A DNA stretch of 64,000 nucleotides from an uncultured Chloroflexia bacterium (GTDB lineage Bacteria > Chloroflexota > Limnocylindria > QHBO01): contig CAWGTN010000002.1 of NCBI GenBank assembly GCA_963825525.1, forward strand, positions 704,001 to 768,000, given 5' to 3'. The position numbers were made by a program, and so were the translations under genes. Below the pieces are notes generated by a model that was given only the letters and a program-made list of their open reading frames with translations, had not been told where the DNA came from and did not search any database. This document shows positions 41,901 to 54,508 of the stretch, piece after piece; position 1 is the stretch's first letter, and each line of letters begins with the position of its first letter.

Positions 41901-41926
41901 CGGGCCATGTCGGCGATCATACCCAT
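38915..41926 (-). CDS. Large ATP-binding LuxR-family (MalT/LAL-type) transcriptional regulator
   Basis: Walker A GDAGIGKS, Walker B LEDLHW, GNPLFVEE, FRHAL, a TPR region and C-terminal HTH LTPREREVL..HVSNILGKL. Start at 41926 or 41908. Confidence 0.92.
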   Translation of the reverse strand: MGMIADMARVSSPTFVGRRAQLQGLHAALAVASRRMPTVCLVAGDAGIGKSRLMAEFTEQARSAGAHVLSGDCLQLGDTGLPYAPFVGALRPLLRSLPRERLDELIGAGRADLSHLLPDLGYDPIPSRSAGPTSQAADQARLFEVVLGLLRRLSEDAPVVLVLEDLHWSDPSTRDLLRFLVRSGRDARLLIIGTYRSDELHRRHPLRPLIAELTRQEGVDTVELAALDHGELELLLTGITDTAPSADLVTTVLARSGGNPLFVEELMAAGKGGLAMPRSLRDTLDDRIRQLPDQAQHILRLASVAGPRVDHALLAEVADLSDARLTDAIRTSVEHHLLVPTDPEETPGYRFRHALVQEVVYEDLLPNERTRIHAAYAMALDGHADRNPQERAGVAALLAHHWLLAHDVEHALAASIAAARAAVQTFAHHEAQALLERALELWARVAPDRLPAGLDRTVILEEAAEAAAQSGDTRRSIDLVRSALAETNAVAEPMRAGVLHHRLAWYLNEAGDWQSGVQAMERAVELIPLEPPTHERAGVIADLAHSLMIRGRFTESMGLAEAALAISRSVGSRQAETRALTALGLDLACRSDLERGIPMLRDAYRLALDAGDPQAIFLTAVGLGWSLDEAALHAEAVEVATAARERVRALGADARFGGQIGSKLGRALYELGRWEEAGRVLDDEIAGDPNRYAMRWLLSNRILLNVGRGRRAAIEADLQTYAGLGERVVGPDPDLIAARRAEFAIMTGQPRVARRLVADTLDQLEEPDLDTDSRRLMVTGLRAEADEADAAREIGDRRREAAAAARATELHGRLRAHVARVREVASNPVPPIAADLVLGDALVARGHGETVVASWEAVVSAARPLGRPFDLGRALVGLASDALRARRREDGAAALSEAHAIAIELGAVPLRDSVEALARRARIGLEGVDTADDAVARLGLTPREREVLALVADGCSNRRIAEVLFVAESTAGVHVSNILGKLGVTRRSQAAALAHRLGLFGLS

Positions 41927-41954
41927 GAGGGGCCCTTGCGTTGATATCGCCGCG

Positions 41955-42037
41955 GGCCGGCAGGGTGCGGCGGATGCGGCGACCGGCTCCCCCCGGGCGT
42001 CCCCCGCGCCACGGTCGCCGTACCCCTCCCCCCGGCC
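41955..42037. other. Structured G/C-run element in the LuxR gene leader
   Basis: Nested stems 41955-60/42032-37, 41975-85/42012-22 and 41996-42000/42006-10. Four C runs of 4-6 nt on the + strand (G runs on the - strand). Confidence 0.5.
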
Positions 42038-42058
42038 GAACCCAACGAAGCGCAGGCT

Positions 42059-42096
42059 ACCCTAAAGGTTTGCGCCGCGCATCTGGAAAACCTTTA
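42059..42096 (-). promoter_or_regulatory. Promoter with overlapping AT-rich inverted repeat (operator candidate)
   Basis: TAAAGGTTT-N16-AAACCTTTA (42063-42096) overlaps minus-strand TTCCAG-N18-TAGGGT. Confidence 0.6.
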
Positions 42097-42107
42097 TTTC
42101 CCGGTCT

Positions 42108-43382
42108 TCAGGTACCCGATTCCCACGACTCGCTGTACGCCTTCTGCTCCGGGGTCATCGAGTCCATCTGGATCCCCATGCTCTCCAGCTTCAGGCGCGC
42201 GATATCGCGGTCGATGTCGTCGGGAATGCCGTACACGATCGGCTCGAGCTCATCGACGTGGGCGCGCAGCCATTCGAGCCCCAACGCCTGATTCGCGAAG
42301 CTCATGTCCATCACGAGCGCCGGATGTCCCTCCGCCGCACCCAGGTTGACGAGCCGGCCATCGGCCAGCACGTAGATGCGCCGGCCGTCCGGCATGAGGT
42401 ACTCCCTGGTGAAGGGTCGGACCTCGCGATTCGACTCCGACTGCTCCTCGAGCGCGGCCAGCTCGAACTCGTCGTTGAAGTGACCGGCGTTGGCGAGGAT
42501 CGCGCCGTCCGGCATGAGGCCGAAGTGGTCCCGCCCCCAGACGTTCAGATTGCCGGTCCCGCTGATGAAGACGTCGCCGACGGCCGCAGCGGACGCGGCG
42601 TTCATCACGCGGAATCCGTCCATGGCCGCCTCGAGGCCGCGAATGGGGTCGACCTCGCACACCACCACGTTGGCTCCCATGCCGTGGGCACGCGAGGCGA
42701 TGCCGCGTCCGACCCAGCCGTAGCCACCCACCACCACGGTCTTGCCGGCGAAGAGGATGTTCGTCGCGCGCAGGATGCCGTCGATGGCGCTCTGGCCGGT
42801 GCCGTAGCGGTTGTCGAACAGGTGCTTGGTCAGGGCCTCGTTGACCGCCACCACGGGGTAGCGGAGCATGCTGGCGTTGGCCATCGCACGGAGCCTGATG
42901 ACCCCGGTTGTCGTCTCCTCGGTCCCGCCGATCACCTCATCCAGGAGCTCCGTCCGCTTCGTGTGAAGCTCGTTCACCAGGTCCGCTCCATCGTCCATGG
43001 TGATGTGCGGGCGGTGGTCGAGAGCCGCGCCGATGTGCGCGTAGTAGGAGTCGCGATCCTCGCCCTTGATCGCGTACACCGGGATGCCGTAGTGCGCGAC
43101 CAGCGACGCAGCGACGTCATCCTGGGTCGACAGCGGGTTCGAGCTGCACAGCACGATGTCGGCGCCGCCGTCGGCCAGTGTCCGCACCAGGTTCGCCGTC
43201 TCCGCGGTGACGTGGAGGCAGGCACTGACCCGCCAGCCGGCCAGCGGCTGCTCGCGTGCGAAACGCTCGCGAATTGCGGCGAGGACCGGCATCTGGCGGT
43301 CGGCCCACTCGATCTTCAGGCGTCCGGCATCGGCCAGGCCGATGTCGGCGACGTCGTGCTTCACTTCGGTTCGCGTTGCCAC
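42108..43382 (-). CDS. ahcY: Adenosylhomocysteinase
   Basis: [43 protein letters not shown] and MDMSFANQ. Confidence 0.97.
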   Translation of the reverse strand: MATRTEVKHDVADIGLADAGRLKIEWADRQMPVLAAIRERFAREQPLAGWRVSACLHVTAETANLVRTLADGGADIVLCSSNPLSTQDDVAASLVAHYGIPVYAIKGEDRDSYYAHIGAALDHRPHITMDDGADLVNELHTKRTELLDEVIGGTEETTTGVIRLRAMANASMLRYPVVAVNEALTKHLFDNRYGTGQSAIDGILRATNILFAGKTVVVGGYGWVGRGIASRAHGMGANVVVCEVDPIRGLEAAMDGFRVMNAASAAAVGDVFISGTGNLNVWGRDHFGLMPDGAILANAGHFNDEFELAALEEQSESNREVRPFTREYLMPDGRRIYVLADGRLVNLGAAEGHPALVMDMSFANQALGLEWLRAHVDELEPIVYGIPDDIDRDIARLKLESMGIQMDSMTPEQKAYSESWESGT

Positions 43383-44224
43383 GGGATTCGCATTGCCTCT
43401 CTAATCGGTCGCATGAGTCCCCAGCCGCCTCCGGTCCGCCGTCGGGCGAGCCGCTCGATGAGCTGGCTATGGGTACGGTAGCCGAGCCGTCCGTAGGCGG
43501 CCACGGCGGGTCCATTGTCGGCGTGAACATTGAGGGCGACGTCACTCATCCGTCCGAGGAGCTCGCCGGTGACAGCGCTCGTCACCATCTTGGCGAAGTC
43601 GTGGCCGCGAAAGTCGACGTGTGTCATGACGTTGCCGACCACGGCGATGTCCTCGCGCGGGTTGATGGCATGGGTGCCGGCCGCGCTCACGAGCCGGCCC
43701 CGGACGCGCACTCCGTAGTACACGCCATCCTCGACAACCGCGGCGGGAAAGCCCGCCCGGTACCCCAGCTGGTAGAGCTGGTTCAGATCGTCGATGTCGA
43801 GTGCGGTCAGGCGTTGTGCCGGCCCCGCGAACGGCGTGAACGAGTCTCGGTTGACCACCATGCGCAGCATCGCCACCGGCGTGTCGAGCTCGTAGAGCTC
43901 CGCGATCGTCGCCTGATGCCGCTCGGTGGCCTGGAGGTACGCGTCGCGTGGCTTCAGCACCGACTCCAGGATCGTTCGACAGCCCTCGGGGTCGCCCATG
44001 AGGAAGAGCGGCTGGGGCACCAGCCCTTCGTGGTGCATGACGAGGGCGGTGGCGCGCCCCGCCTCGTCGTAGGCCATCGCCCACGCGACTCGGGCTCGAT
44101 TCGGTCCGTCGAGGTCACCCAGCGCGTACGCCGCGTAGAGCCGATCCCGCCGCAGGTACGCGGCGATCTCGTCGCGATCGCCGACGGACCGCGCGCGAGA
44201 TCGGGAAGTTGCAGCTACGGCCAT
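43361..44224 (-). CDS. GNAT (FR47-like) N-acetyltransferase
   Basis: [17 protein letters not shown] and [19 protein letters not shown]. Confidence 0.85.
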   Translation of the reverse strand: MAVAATSRSRARSVGDRDEIAAYLRRDRLYAAYALGDLDGPNRARVAWAMAYDEAGRATALVMHHEGLVPQPLFLMGDPEGCRTILESVLKPRDAYLQATERHQATIAELYELDTPVAMLRMVVNRDSFTPFAGPAQRLTALDIDDLNQLYQLGYRAGFPAAVVEDGVYYGVRVRGRLVSAAGTHAINPREDIAVVGNVMTHVDFRGHDFAKMVTSAVTGELLGRMSDVALNVHADNGPAVAAYGRLGYRTHSQLIERLARRRTGGGWGLMRPIREAMRIPWQREPK

Positions 44225-44238
44225 CGGCGCCGCGGCCC

Positions 44239-44769
44239 TCAGTACGTGAGCAGCGCGTGGATCTCGAACTCGTCGAGCTTCTCGCGTCCGTTGAGCGCGC
44301 CCAGCTCGACCATGAACGAGAGCGCGGCGATCTCGCCGCCCAGCCGTCTCACGAGCTCGATGGTGCCCATGACGGTGCCACCTGTCGCAAGGAGGTCATC
44401 GACCAGCAGGACGCGCTGGCCCTTGGTGATCGCGTCGGAGTGGATCTCGAGCGTGGCGGTCCCGTACTCGAGCTCGTATTCGACTTCGATCGTCTCAGCG
44501 GGAAGCTTGCCGAGCTTCCGCACCGGCACGAACCCTGCACCGAGCTTGTAGGCGAGTGGCGCGGAGAAGATGAACCCGCGCGACTCCATGCCGACGACGA
44601 CGTCAACCGGCGTGTCGCCGACCTGCTCGGCCATGCGATCGATCACCTCGCGGAACGCATCGGGGACCTTGAGGAGGGTGGTGATGTCATAGAACAGGAT
44701 GCCCGGCTTCGGGAAGTCCGGGACCTCCCTGATCAGGGCACGCAGATCATCGACTGACGAAACGGTCAC
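44239..44769 (-). CDS. apt: Adenine phosphoribosyltransferase
   Basis: [21 protein letters not shown] and [10 protein letters not shown]. Confidence 0.96.
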   Translation of the reverse strand: MTVSSVDDLRALIREVPDFPKPGILFYDITTLLKVPDAFREVIDRMAEQVGDTPVDVVVGMESRGFIFSAPLAYKLGAGFVPVRKLGKLPAETIEVEYELEYGTATLEIHSDAITKGQRVLLVDDLLATGGTVMGTIELVRRLGGEIAALSFMVELGALNGREKLDEFEIHALLTY

Positions 44770-44889
44770 GGTGCTGGAGGCACTCCAAGCGAGTTGAGCG
44801 GCCGGACGGCTGCGGCGTGAGTCTAGCCCGATGCATACGCGGCAGGCAATGCGGCCTCCGTTTCAACCCGCTCGGGCACCACCACCGGG

Positions 44890-47766
<2,877 letters not shown>

Positions 47767-47899
47767 GGTCGCCTCCTGATCGTCGCCGCGCACGTGCGGC
47801 TGCGGTGAGAGTCGGCGCCGGACGGGTGCGCCCGTCCCGGGTCGAGTAAGGCATCCAGTATACCTCCCACCGGCCCGATCGCCGTCTCGCCGAGTGCCC

Positions 47900-50800
47900 T
47901 CAGGAAGGCGCCGGCGCTGCCCCGAGCGCGACGAGCGCCCGCATGGCGACGTCCACCGGATCGCGGCCCGGTGCAACCGGGATTCGAACCTGGTTCGACG
48001 CGCTGTCGGGACGCAGCCCGGCGACCTGCAACGCCACGCTCACCTCGTGACGGTCGGGCATCCGGGTCCACTTCAGGGTGACCTGTCGCTCCTCGGCCCG
48101 AACCTCGGGCACCCCGGCGGCCTCGGCCGCCAAGCGCACGCGAACCGCGGTGAACAGCCCCTCGACGGGGGTCGGGATCGGCCCGTAGCGATCAACGAGC
48201 TCCGCCCTGAGGGCATTGGCGTCGGCATCGGATCGAAGCTGAGCGAACCGTCGGTAGGCCTCCAGCTTGGCTCCCGAGTCCTCGACGTAGTCGTCGGGCA
48301 GGAAGGCGGAGCCGGGAAGGTCCAGGCGGACGGCTGCCGGCTCGGGAATGGAAAGCCGGCCGCGCAGCGTGTCGACCGCCTCGGCCAGCAGCCGCGTGTA
48401 CATCTCGAACCCCACCGCCGCCATGAAGCCGTGCTGCTCGGCGCCCAGGATGTTGCCGGCGCCCCGGATCTCGAGGTCCGAGAGCGCGATCTGGTATCCG
48501 GCGCCCAGGTCCGAGGCGCTGAAGATGGCATGCAGCCGCTTCCTGGCGATCGGCGTCAGGGGCGTGCCGCGACGGTGGAGCAGGTAGGCATGGGCCCGGC
48601 GATCGGATCGGCCGACCCGCCCGCGGAGCTGGTAGAGCTGGGCCAGGCCGAAGGTGTCGGCACGCACGATGATGATCGTGTTGGCGTTCGGGATGTCCAG
48701 TCCGGATTCGATGATCGTCGTGCACACCAGAACGTCGAACCGGCCGCTGTCGAAGTCGAGCATCACGCGCTCGAGCATGCCCTCGGCCATCTGGCCGTGG
48801 CCGATCCCGACCCGCGCGCCGGGGACGAGGCGCCGCACGCGCGCCGCGGCCGCCTCGATCGTCTCGACGCGGTTGTGGACGTAGAAGACCTGTCCGCCTC
48901 GATCGACCTCTCGGCTGATCGCGTCACGCACCAGCCCGTCATCGTCCTCGGCGATCCGGGTCTGGATCGGCAGGCGCGCCTCCGGCGGCGTCTCGATGAC
49001 AGAGAGGTCGCGGATGCCGACGAGGCTCAGGTGCAGGGTTCGCGGAATCGGCGTTGCGGACAGGGTCAGCACGTCGACCTCGCGCCGCATGGCCTTGATG
49101 CGCTCCTTGTGCGAGACCCCGAATCGCTGCTCCTCGTCCACGATGAGCAGGCCGAGATCGGCGAAGCTGATGTCCTTCGACAGGATCCGATGCGTCCCGA
49201 TGAGGATGTCCACGCTTCCCTCCGCCACGCCGGCGACGATTTGCAACTGGTCCTTCTTCGAGACGAATCGGCTCAGCATCGCCACCTCGATCGGAAACGC
49301 GGCGAGACGACGCTGCAGCGTCAGCAGGTGCTGCTGGGCGAGCACCGTGGTGGGTACCAGGAGCGCCACCTGCTTCCCGTCCTGGATGGCCTTGAACGCC
49401 GCGCGCAGGGCGACCTCGGTCTTGCCGTAGCCGACGTCACCCACCACCAGCCGGTCCATCGGCCGCCGCCGGAGCATGTCGGCCTTGACCTCCTCGATGC
49501 TCCGGGCCTGGTCGGGCGTCTCGGTGTACGGGAAAGCTCTCCTCGAGCTCGCGCTGCCATGTCGTGTCGGCGCTGAACGCGAAGCCCGGCGCCGATTCGC
49601 GTGCCGCGTAGATCTCGACGAGCTCGCGCGCGAGGTCCCCGACCGCGCGCCGGACCCGAGTCTTCGTCCGCTCCCATTCGGTCCCGCCGAGCTTCGAGAG
49701 CGCAGGAGCCGGTCCGCCGGCGTAGCGAGTGATCCGGCCGATCTGGTCGGCGGGCAGAAATATCTTGTCGGTTCCCGCGAAGTCGAGCTGGAGGTATTCC
49801 TTCACGTCGTCGCCGAACGTCCGCTGGGTCATGCCGACGTAGCGAGCGATTCCATGATCGACATGAACGACGTGGTCGCCGGGTTGGAGCTTGCCGATCA
49901 GGTCTCGCGTCACCACCCGCTTCGAGGTCGCAAGGCGGCGCACGCGGGTCGCCCCGAACAGCTCGCGGTCGCTCAGCACGATGAGGCCGCTCGCGTCGTG
50001 GGTCATGCCCCCGGACAGGGAGGTGTGCACGAGTCCGATGTCTCCCCGCTCCGGCAGCTGGCGCAGGGCGGCGAGCGACGCGACCGGGCGGCCGGCCTCT
50101 TCGAGCAGCTCGCTGACGCGGCTCGCCTGGTCGGTCGTCACCACGACTCTTCGGTCCCGCGCGGCCAGATCATTCAGCCATGTACCCGCCCGATCGGCCC
50201 TGCCAGGCAGTGGAGGGGCTGGCCCGAAGCCGGAGTCCGCCCCGTCCCCCTCCTCGAGGCGCTCGGCGACGACGGCCTCGAGATCCCGGAGCGTATCCAC
50301 CGCCGCATACGGTGCCGGCCATGAATCGGGGATCTCGCCGGCTGCGACGAGCCCGGCATGTCGTTCGGCTGCCTGGGCGTCGAGGTCCCCTGCCAACGCG
50401 GTGAGCTCGGCCGTGTCCGTGAGCACGACGTGTGCGCCGGCGGGTATGTGCTTCGCCGCCGCTCCGGCGGTCAGGTGCGCGGCCCACGTCTCGGCCGACT
50501 CCGCCAGGTCGCCCTGGTCGAGGCGAACGGCATCCTCGCGCAGCATCTCCGAGTCCAGGTCGGAGTGGCGCGCCGACATGCCCTCCCAGCCGTCCTCCGG
50601 CAAGAACTCGGACGCCGGCAGCAGCACGACCTCGTCCAGGCGGCGACGCGAGCCCTGGGACATCGGGTCGAATGAGCGGATCGACTCGACCTCGTTCCCG
50701 AACAGTTCGATGCGGACAGGCTCGGTTGATCCCGGGGGCCAGGCGTCCACCAGGCCGCCACGATGCGCGAACTCCGCGATGCCGGTCACCTCGACCGTCG

Positions 50801-51287
50801 GCTCGTAGCCGCCCGCGACCAGGGCCGCCAGAAGGTCACGCTGGTCGATCCGTCCCCCTACCCGGATGCTCGAGCGGCCATCTCGCAGCTGGTCGACGCC
50901 AAGTGTTCGCTGCACCACCGCCAGCAGCGAGGTGACGACCACGAGGTCTCGTTCGACGGCCAGATCGGCGAGCACCACCAGGCGCTCCGACGACTCGTCA
51001 TGCTCCGGCAGGGCACGCTCCAGCGGAAGCGCTGCCCGCTCGGGAAGGAGACGAAGCCGATCCCCGCCCAACCACGCGGAGAGGTCATCGACGAGCCGGT
51101 GCGCTTCTTCGTCGGTGCGCGCCACGACGACCATCGGCCGCTCGGAAGGCAGCCCTGCCCGGCGCGCGGCGACGAACGCGGGACGCGCGACGGCGGGCAC
51201 ACGAAGGACGCCCGCGGGCGGCAGATGAGGCCCCAGGGCGTCGATGAGCGGAGCAACGCGGCCGTCACCGCCGCGTGAGGAAGACAT
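47900..51287 (-). CDS. mfd: Transcription-repair coupling factor (frameshifted near 49529-49535)
   Basis: UvrB-like and RID halves (HVDHGIARY) lie in one frame and the helicase (GDVGYGKT, DEEQRFG) in another. Removing one base restores ESFPYTETPDQ. Confidence 0.93.
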
Positions 51288-51316
51288 GGACCGGTCCATG
51301 GTAGCGGTACGGCGAA

Positions 51317-51892
51317 CTACTCGACCTCGAGCCCGTTGAACCCATTCATCGCGCCCTCGATCCCCTCCGCCAGCCACCGTTCGGCCGCGTCCGCACCGAC
51401 GGCGATCATCTCGTCTGCCAGCTCGCGCTCCGGGGGCTGAAAGGTGGCAAGCACGTGGTCGACGACCGCGCCCGTCCGACCGACGCCGATCCGCAGCCGC
51501 GAGAACTCGTTGGTGCCAAAGGTGCTGATGATGTCGCGCAGGCCGTTATGACCGCCGGCCGAGCCTGACCGTCGCAGTCGCACGCGCCCCAGGGGCAGGT
51601 CGATGTCATCGGTGATGACGAGCAGATCCTCGAGTGGATCGACCTCGGTCTGGCGCAGGGCAGCGTGGAGGGGGCCGCCGGACCGGTTCATGTAGCGCAT
51701 CGGCTTGACGAGCAGGACGCGCTCCGCGAATTCGGGCCGCGCGACCTCGAGGAGCGCGGCACCATCCTTTACCCGGCCGTCCCCGGTGTGGCCCCAGCGA
51801 TCGGCGAGAAGGTCGACGACGCGGAAGCCGACGCTGTGCCGGGTCAGCCGGTAGCGCTCGCCGGGGTTTCCGAGCCCGCAGATGACCTTCAT
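51317..51892 (-). CDS. pth: Peptidyl-tRNA hydrolase
   Basis: GLGNPG..TRH, YMNRSG and GSAGGHNGL. Confidence 0.95.
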   Translation of the reverse strand: MKVICGLGNPGERYRLTRHSVGFRVVDLLADRWGHTGDGRVKDGAALLEVARPEFAERVLLVKPMRYMNRSGGPLHAALRQTEVDPLEDLLVITDDIDLPLGRVRLRRSGSAGGHNGLRDIISTFGTNEFSRLRIGVGRTGAVVDHVLATFQPPERELADEMIAVGADAAERWLAEGIEGAMNGFNGLEVE

Positions 51893-51977
51893 GGCGGCCG
51901 ATGGTAGCCGCACGCCGGGATCGAGTGGCCGGTGGCGTCGCACAGCCGACGCATCGGCGCTTCGCTATGCTCGATGG

Positions 51978-53120
51978 GTGAGGAGCGAGATCGTGATCAT
52001 CGGCGGCGGCATCATCGGCTGCTCGGCCGCGGCGATTCTCGCGTCGCGCGGTGCGCGAGTCTCGCTCGTCGAACGCACCGCCATTGCTGCCGGCGCGTCG
52101 GGCCGCAACCTCGGAGCGATCCAGCATCCGTTCGATGCGGTGCTGGCGCCGCTCTACCGAGAGAGCCTCGTTCGCTACCAGGCCCTCGCCGACGAGACGG
52201 GTGAATTCGCCATCGGCGCCGAGCCCGCCGGGCTGATGTTGCTGAACCGCGACGAGGCGGCGGCGGCCGAGCAGGCACGACGGCAGCAGGCCAGCCTGCC
52301 CGAGCTCCTTCCGCGCTTCATGGACGCCGACGAGGTCGCGCGGGTCGAACCGTCGCTCAGCCCCGGCCTGGCGGCAGTCCGGCTCGCGACGGGGTTCCCG
52401 GTGCCGCCCGCCTCCGCGACGGCGGCCTGGGCGCGATTGGCCGAGGAACGCGGCGCACGGGTGCGCATCGGCAGCGCGGCGACGCCCGTGATCGAGCACG
52501 ACAACGTGACAGGCGTCCAGCTTGCCGACGGAACGCGCATCGCTGCCGATGCCGTGCTGGTCGCGGCCGGGCCGTGGACCCCGCCCCTCGTTGACCCGAG
52601 CAGAGGGTGGGAACCGATCCGCGCGACATGGGGCGTGACCGTCCAGCTGCGGCTCGATGGAGCGGCGCCACGTCACATCGTCGAGGAGGACGAGGTCGAC
52701 GCGATCAACCGATCGGCCGCGGCGACGGCCCGTGCCGCGGCCTCCGACGCACCATCGGAAGAGCCGTCGTCGCTGTTCAGTCTGGCCAGCGCACGTGGCA
52801 TCAGTACCCTCGGCTCCACGTTCCTGCCTGACGAACCTGATCCATCGCGCATCGCAGCCCTGCTCCTGCGACGCGGCGTTGCGTTCCTCCCGGCAATCGG
52901 CGACGCGGAGGTGGTGGAGCGGCGGATCTGCGCGCGTCCACAGTCGGTGGATGGCCGACCCTTCATCGGGGCGTACCCGGGGGTCGGTGGCCTGTATGTC
53001 TGTGCGGGCCATGGACCCTGGGGGATCAGTACCGGCCCCGCTTCGGCGGCCATGGCAGCGAGAGCCATCCTGGATGGGACGTCGCCGCCACGCGAGCTGG
53101 ATGCCGGCCGCGCATTCTGA
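51978..53120 (+). CDS. FAD-dependent oxidoreductase (DAO/glycine oxidase-like)
   Basis: IIGGGIIG, GASGRN, AAGPWT, RPQSVDGRPFIG and GHGPWGI. Confidence 0.88.
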   Translation: MRSEIVIIGGGIIGCSAAAILASRGARVSLVERTAIAAGASGRNLGAIQHPFDAVLAPLYRESLVRYQALADETGEFAIGAEPAGLMLLNRDEAAAAEQARRQQASLPELLPRFMDADEVARVEPSLSPGLAAVRLATGFPVPPASATAAWARLAEERGARVRIGSAATPVIEHDNVTGVQLADGTRIAADAVLVAAGPWTPPLVDPSRGWEPIRATWGVTVQLRLDGAAPRHIVEEDEVDAINRSAAATARAAASDAPSEEPSSLFSLASARGISTLGSTFLPDEPDPSRIAALLLRRGVAFLPAIGDAEVVERRICARPQSVDGRPFIGAYPGVGGLYVCAGHGPWGISTGPASAAMAARAILDGTSPPRELDAGRAF

Positions 53121-53130
53121 GCTTCATGCA

Positions 53131-53227
53131 GTGACATTGTGCGATCTGCACAACGTCGCAACCAATCGACAACCCGCGGCGGGATCGCTATACGCCATCG
53201 TCGGACTTAGGCTGCCTGCACAACGTC
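53131..53227 (+). promoter_or_regulatory. Candidate operator(s) upstream of amt
   Basis: Palindrome TTGTGC-GATCT-GCACAA. CTGCACAACGTC is repeated at 53146-53157 and 53216-53227. TAGGCT -10 at 53208-53213. Confidence 0.55.
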
Positions 53228-53252
53228 CATTCGACCGACGCAGGAGCGCCCG

Positions 53253-54479
53253 ATGCCCACGATCGATTCCGGAGACACCGCCTGGGTGATGATGAGCGCC
53301 GCGCTCGTCATGCTCATGACCCCAGGGCTTGCCCTCTTCTATGGCGGGCTGGTCCGCCGCAAGAACGTGCTCAGCACGATCATGCACAGCTTCTTCATCC
53401 TGGGCCTGGTCAGCGTGACCTGGGTGCTGTGGGGGTACACCCTGGCATTCGGCCCTGACACCGGACTCGGCCTCATCGGCGGCCTCGAATGGCTTGCGCT
53501 CGAGGGAGTGACCGGGGACCCGTCCGACGTCTACGCCACGACCGTCCCCCACCTTGCCTTCATGGCCTTTCAGATGATGTTCGCCATCATCACGCCCGCC
53601 CTCATCAGCGGGGCGTTCGCCGAGCGCAAACGCTTCAAGGCCTTTGTGCTCTTTGCGGTCGCATGGTCGACCTTTGTCTACGCGCCGATCGCCCACTGGG
53701 TGTGGTCGCCGGATGGCTGGCTGTTCGGCCTCGGCGTGCTCGACTTCGCAGGGGGGACGGTCGTCCATCTCTCCAGCGGGGTCGCCGCGCTGGTCGCTGC
53801 GCTGTTCATCGGACGCCGCACCGGCCTCATCGAGCCCGCCACCGAGCCGCACGACGTTCCCATGACCGTGCTCGGTGCCGGGCTGCTCTGGTTCGGCTGG
53901 TTCGGCTTCAACGCCGGCAGCGCGGTTGGCGCCAACGGCCTGGCGGCCACAGCATTCGTCACCACCAATACGGCGGCCGCCATGGCCGCGATCACCTGGG
54001 TCACCATCAGCTGGCTCCACAAGGGCACGCCATCCGTCCTGGGAGCGGCGATCGGCGCCGTGGCCGGGTTGGTGGCCATCACCCCAGCAGCCGGATTCGT
54101 GACACCCGCTGCCGCCATCCTCATCGGCCTGGGCGTCGGCATCGTCTGCTACGGCGCGGCCCAGCTTCGGTTGCGGGCCCGGGTCGACGACGCCCTTGAT
54201 GTCTTTGCCGTCCACGGGGTTGGCGGGGCGTTCGGTGCCCTGGCGACCGGCGTCTTCGCCACTGCCGCGGTCGGCGGCATCGACGGTGCGCTGGCCGGCA
54301 ACTCCGGACAGCTCGTCACCCAGATGATCGGCGTGGCCGTGGTGGCCGCCTACTCCGCGCTCGCCACCGGCGCCATTCTCTTCCTGGTCAACCTCGTCAC
54401 TCCGATCCGCGTGACCGGCGAGGCCGAAGCGGCCGGATTGGACCTGGCCCAGCACGGCGAAGTTGCCTACCAGCCCTGA
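53253..54479 (+). CDS. amt: Ammonium transporter
   Basis: LMTPGLALFYGG, FQMMFA, DFAGGTVVH, WFGWFGFNAGS and DDALDVFAVHG. Confidence 0.96.
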   Translation: MPTIDSGDTAWVMMSAALVMLMTPGLALFYGGLVRRKNVLSTIMHSFFILGLVSVTWVLWGYTLAFGPDTGLGLIGGLEWLALEGVTGDPSDVYATTVPHLAFMAFQMMFAIITPALISGAFAERKRFKAFVLFAVAWSTFVYAPIAHWVWSPDGWLFGLGVLDFAGGTVVHLSSGVAALVAALFIGRRTGLIEPATEPHDVPMTVLGAGLLWFGWFGFNAGSAVGANGLAATAFVTTNTAAAMAAITWVTISWLHKGTPSVLGAAIGAVAGLVAITPAAGFVTPAAAILIGLGVGIVCYGAAQLRLRARVDDALDVFAVHGVGGAFGALATGVFATAAVGGIDGALAGNSGQLVTQMIGVAVVAAYSALATGAILFLVNLVTPIRVTGEAEAAGLDLAQHGEVAYQP

Positions 54480-54508
54480 CCGGCACCCCCACGGAAGGAG
54501 CACCACCC

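Noticed and set aside
38915-41926. STAND ATPase as an anti-phage (Avs-like) system
   Set aside because: It has a C-terminal LuxR HTH and no effector domain, typical of MalT/LAL regulators, and no defence-island context.
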